From: Spirochaetota bacterium
GTDB taxonomy: Bacteria > Spirochaetota > UBA4802 > UBA5550
Assembly (NCBI GenBank): GCA_963664815.2
Contig: CAXXHB010000003.1
Coordinates: forward strand, 3,360,001-3,424,000
Direction of reading: 5' to 3'
Length of the DNA: 64,000 bases
Part shown: positions 61,478 to 64,000 of the stretch, piece by piece
Layout of the letters: every line of letters begins with the position of its first letter
How positions within the stretch are numbered: the first letter of the stretch is position 1
Notes under the pieces: generated by a model
What the model saw: only the letters and a program-made list of their open reading frames with translations
Database searches by the model: none
What the model was told of the DNA's origin: nothing
Translations under genes and position numbers: made by a program

Positions 61478-62134
61478 CTATCTTATTACGATTGCAGACG
61501 CAAGAAGATTTTCCGCATATTTTAAAACAGGTTTTAAATAAGGACTTATCCCTTCTTTTCTCCATTTGTTCTGCTCCACCTGAACAATTCCCCAGAATGC
61601 GCCCCAGACAAAATCTGTAGCATGATGAATGTCTGTATCCCTGAAAAAATTCTGCTCAACTGAAAGTGATACTATTGCATTACCCTCTTCAAAACACTTA
61701 TTACCCCATTTTTTAATAATGGAATATGAGTTTTCATTTAATTTATATACAATCCCGTATTGGAGAAAAATAGTAAAAAGCCTGAATAGATCCGGGTCCA
61801 GCTCAAAACTTCCATAATATACATTAAAAACATCATCCATTATAATCCACCCGGTATCATACTTCTTTTCTTCCAGGCGTTTTCGTATATCCTCCAGTTT
61901 GAGGGCAAGAAATTGTATCATTGGTTCAACAAGCTGTACAAAGAGTTCATCTTTTGTTTTAAAATACTGGTAAATGGTCGGTTTTGTAAGCCCCGCTTCG
62001 GCAGCTATGTCATCCATTGTCGCGCCGACATAACCTTTTGAAAGCATAACCTTCTGCGCTGCGCTGAGAATCTCTTCTGTTCTTCTTATTTTCTCTCTTT
62101 TAAGTCTGTTTTCCACCGGAGGTTTATGGAGCAT
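61478..62134 (-). CDS. TetR/AcrR-family regulator
   Basis: ILSAAQKVM..KGY..ATMDDIAAEAGLTKPTIYQYFKTKDELF. Confidence 0.92.
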   Translation of the reverse strand: MLHKPPVENRLKREKIRRTEEILSAAQKVMLSKGYVGATMDDIAAEAGLTKPTIYQYFKTKDELFVQLVEPMIQFLALKLEDIRKRLEEKKYDTGWIIMDDVFNVYYGSFELDPDLFRLFTIFLQYGIVYKLNENSYSIIKKWGNKCFEEGNAIVSLSVEQNFFRDTDIHHATDFVWGAFWGIVQVEQNKWRKEGISPYLKPVLKYAENLLASAIVIR

Positions 62135-62212
62135 TAGTTCTCTCTTTTGAATATGATGTATTTCTGATAACATCTATTCATCTGATGTCAATTACTAATT
62201 GAATAATATTTA

Positions 62213-62235
62213 CCCTCCGGTCTGCAACCGGAGGG
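62213..62235 (-). terminator. Hairpin downstream of CoA-transferase gene
   Basis: CCCTCCGGT-CTGCA-ACCGGAGGG. Confidence 0.55.
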
Positions 62236-62244
62236 CTGATCAGG

Positions 62245-63660
62245 TTAAATTTTATTTGTTTTTGTCCATATTTTATGCTCTTCTGCCGCCTTTATCAGTT
62301 CATCCCTGAAATCGGGGTGAGCAATGGATATAATTTTTTCAGCTCTCATCCACAATGGACAGAGTTTAAGATTAACTGCTCCGTATTCAGTTGCTATAAA
62401 CTGCACTGACTGCCTCGGAATTGTTACAGCTGTACCAGGCTTAAAATATGGAACTATTCTTGATGAAACTTTTCCATCTTTTGAGGTGTGGGTAGATGGC
62501 ATGCATATAAAGCTCTTACCACCTTTAGACCAGAAAGAACCATTAACAAAATCAAACATTCCGCCGTTTCCAGAAATCTGGTTAAATCCATCACTCTCGG
62601 CATTAACCTGCCCGAAAAGGTCACATTCTATTGCGGAATTGATAGATATAAAATCATCAATAGCCTTGATTGTATCAAAGTGATTACAATAACCCACATT
62701 ATATGATGCAATTGCCGGATTATTATCCATCCAGTCATAAAGCTTTCTGCTGCCAAGCGCGAAGGTGTAGGCTGTTTTCCAGCGATCGATATCTTTCCTG
62801 GAGTTGTTCAGTCTTCCTGCAAGATACATTTCCATGTAAGCATCAACAAGCATCTCAGTGTGCCCGCCAAGGTTTTTAAGATCACTATGTGCGATCATAT
62901 GACCAAGCGTATTCGGCATACCCCCTATACCAAGCTGAATACAGCATCCGTCATAAATATATTTAAATACATGCTCTGCGATTTTTTTCTCCACATCAGT
63001 TGCTTCAACATTCTGAAGTTCAAAAAGCGGTTCATTTGCACTTTCCACGATATAGTCTACATTTGATATGTGTATGCTTTCCCGGGCTCCACCAAGTGCT
63101 CTCGGCATATTGTTATTGACTTCAACAACAACCTTGTCCCACTTGCACCAGCTGTACATACAAGCGTTATTCATACCAAAATTGAAATAGCCGTTTTCAT
63201 CCATTGGGGCAGTACGCACAAAGTGCACATTCGGGAGCCTGATACCGGTTTTGGTCGGATCATAATCATGAAGATCTCCAACAAGATGTTCGCACTCCCA
63301 GTCTGTTTCCACAAAATTAAGAGGGCAGTAAGCCATCCTGTCAGGGAACAGAAACTTCATCATGCGTGAAAGCGGGGAATAATGAAAATCGCCGTAATAA
63401 AAAGATTCACCCGTCGGGTCCTTTGTAAGAACTTCAGGGAGGGGCGGAATAGTCACTGCACCAAATATCCCGACATTTTTCAATTCACCGGCCCTTCTTC
63501 CAAGTGCCGCATCACAGGTTATCGGTTTACCATTAAAAAAAGCATATGTTACCCAATCATCATTTTTAACGCATTTAACAGCCTCATCTGCGCTGCAGAG
63601 TTTTTCCTTGTACTGCTGATAAACATCCCTGTGTGAACTGAAGTCCATTTTATAAGCCAT
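62245..63660 (-). CDS. Acetyl-CoA hydrolase/transferase family (4-hydroxybutyrate or butyryl-CoA:acetate CoA-transferase-like)
   Basis: PMDENGYFNFG, IQLGIGGMPN, GHTEM, ISGNGGMFDF, TEYG, IAHPDFRDEL; AGGAGG RBS. Confidence 0.92.
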   Translation of the reverse strand: MAYKMDFSSHRDVYQQYKEKLCSADEAVKCVKNDDWVTYAFFNGKPITCDAALGRRAGELKNVGIFGAVTIPPLPEVLTKDPTGESFYYGDFHYSPLSRMMKFLFPDRMAYCPLNFVETDWECEHLVGDLHDYDPTKTGIRLPNVHFVRTAPMDENGYFNFGMNNACMYSWCKWDKVVVEVNNNMPRALGGARESIHISNVDYIVESANEPLFELQNVEATDVEKKIAEHVFKYIYDGCCIQLGIGGMPNTLGHMIAHSDLKNLGGHTEMLVDAYMEMYLAGRLNNSRKDIDRWKTAYTFALGSRKLYDWMDNNPAIASYNVGYCNHFDTIKAIDDFISINSAIECDLFGQVNAESDGFNQISGNGGMFDFVNGSFWSKGGKSFICMPSTHTSKDGKVSSRIVPYFKPGTAVTIPRQSVQFIATEYGAVNLKLCPLWMRAEKIISIAHPDFRDELIKAAEEHKIWTKTNKI

Positions 63661-64000
63661 ATCTCTCCTCCTTCTATATATATTTATTAAAAACAAAAAA
63701 TGCCTTAACCGAACAATTCAATAGAGTTTTTTTAGATATACTGTTATAAAAAAACTCAAAATGCTATCTAACACTCAAATCAATATAAGATTTTTAAGCA
63801 AAAAGCTTTTTTTGCATAAGTTTTAATACTCAAATCATTGCTTAATGTTATATTTATCTGCTTTATATATAGCCATAATACGATTTGTCAAATATTATTT
63901 AACTTAAGGTTAAATAATATTACCAAAAGTAAACAGTTCATAAGTACTGGTTGATCAACGACCGATTGTGAGAGATTATTTGTTAAGACGCGTCATTTTG

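Noticed and set aside
1-64000. CRISPR array or cas genes linked to the TPR-CHAT
   Set aside because: No regularly spaced 25-40 bp repeats and no recognisable cas ORF in the window

Overview
AT-rich bacterial chromosomal window. The gene set suggests an anaerobic diderm, possibly Spirochaetota-like (inference only). Region 1-11.85 kb is an accessory island abutting the 3' end of tRNA-Trp. It carries a leftward operon encoding a divergent ECF sigma factor, a soluble anti-sigma-like protein and a TPR-CHAT protease. Divergent from it is a rightward run of about 15 mostly small genes (DUF4258-like toxin, MORN protein, two paralogous AAA ATPases, an unannotated 4xCxxC zinc-finger peptide, a glutaredoxin-like protein, small membrane proteins). 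That run is headed by three tandem paralogous cassettes, each preceded by TGATATTAAT-N11/12-GCTCTC. A second protease-sigma module at 32.3-36.1 kb comprises a beta-barrel gene, an ECF sigma, a membrane anti-sigma and an exported caspase-like protease fused to a paralogous barrel. In both modules the protease and its anti-sigma partner share a short Lys-Gly motif (GxTKG; RIKG), which suggests protease-activated sigma release. A third ECF module (TolC, RND, Spy/CpxP, sigma, anti-sigma) has two matching GGAAC-N17-GGTTAA promoters. The rest is housekeeping and metabolic genes (purF, mobA/mobB, gpmI, trxB, lysC, lysA, a divergent ychF, acyl-CoA enzymes), two MCPs, tRNA-Asp, and decayed IS3 and IS66 elements. 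No CRISPR array was seen. Family assignments come from motif recognition by eye, not from database searches.
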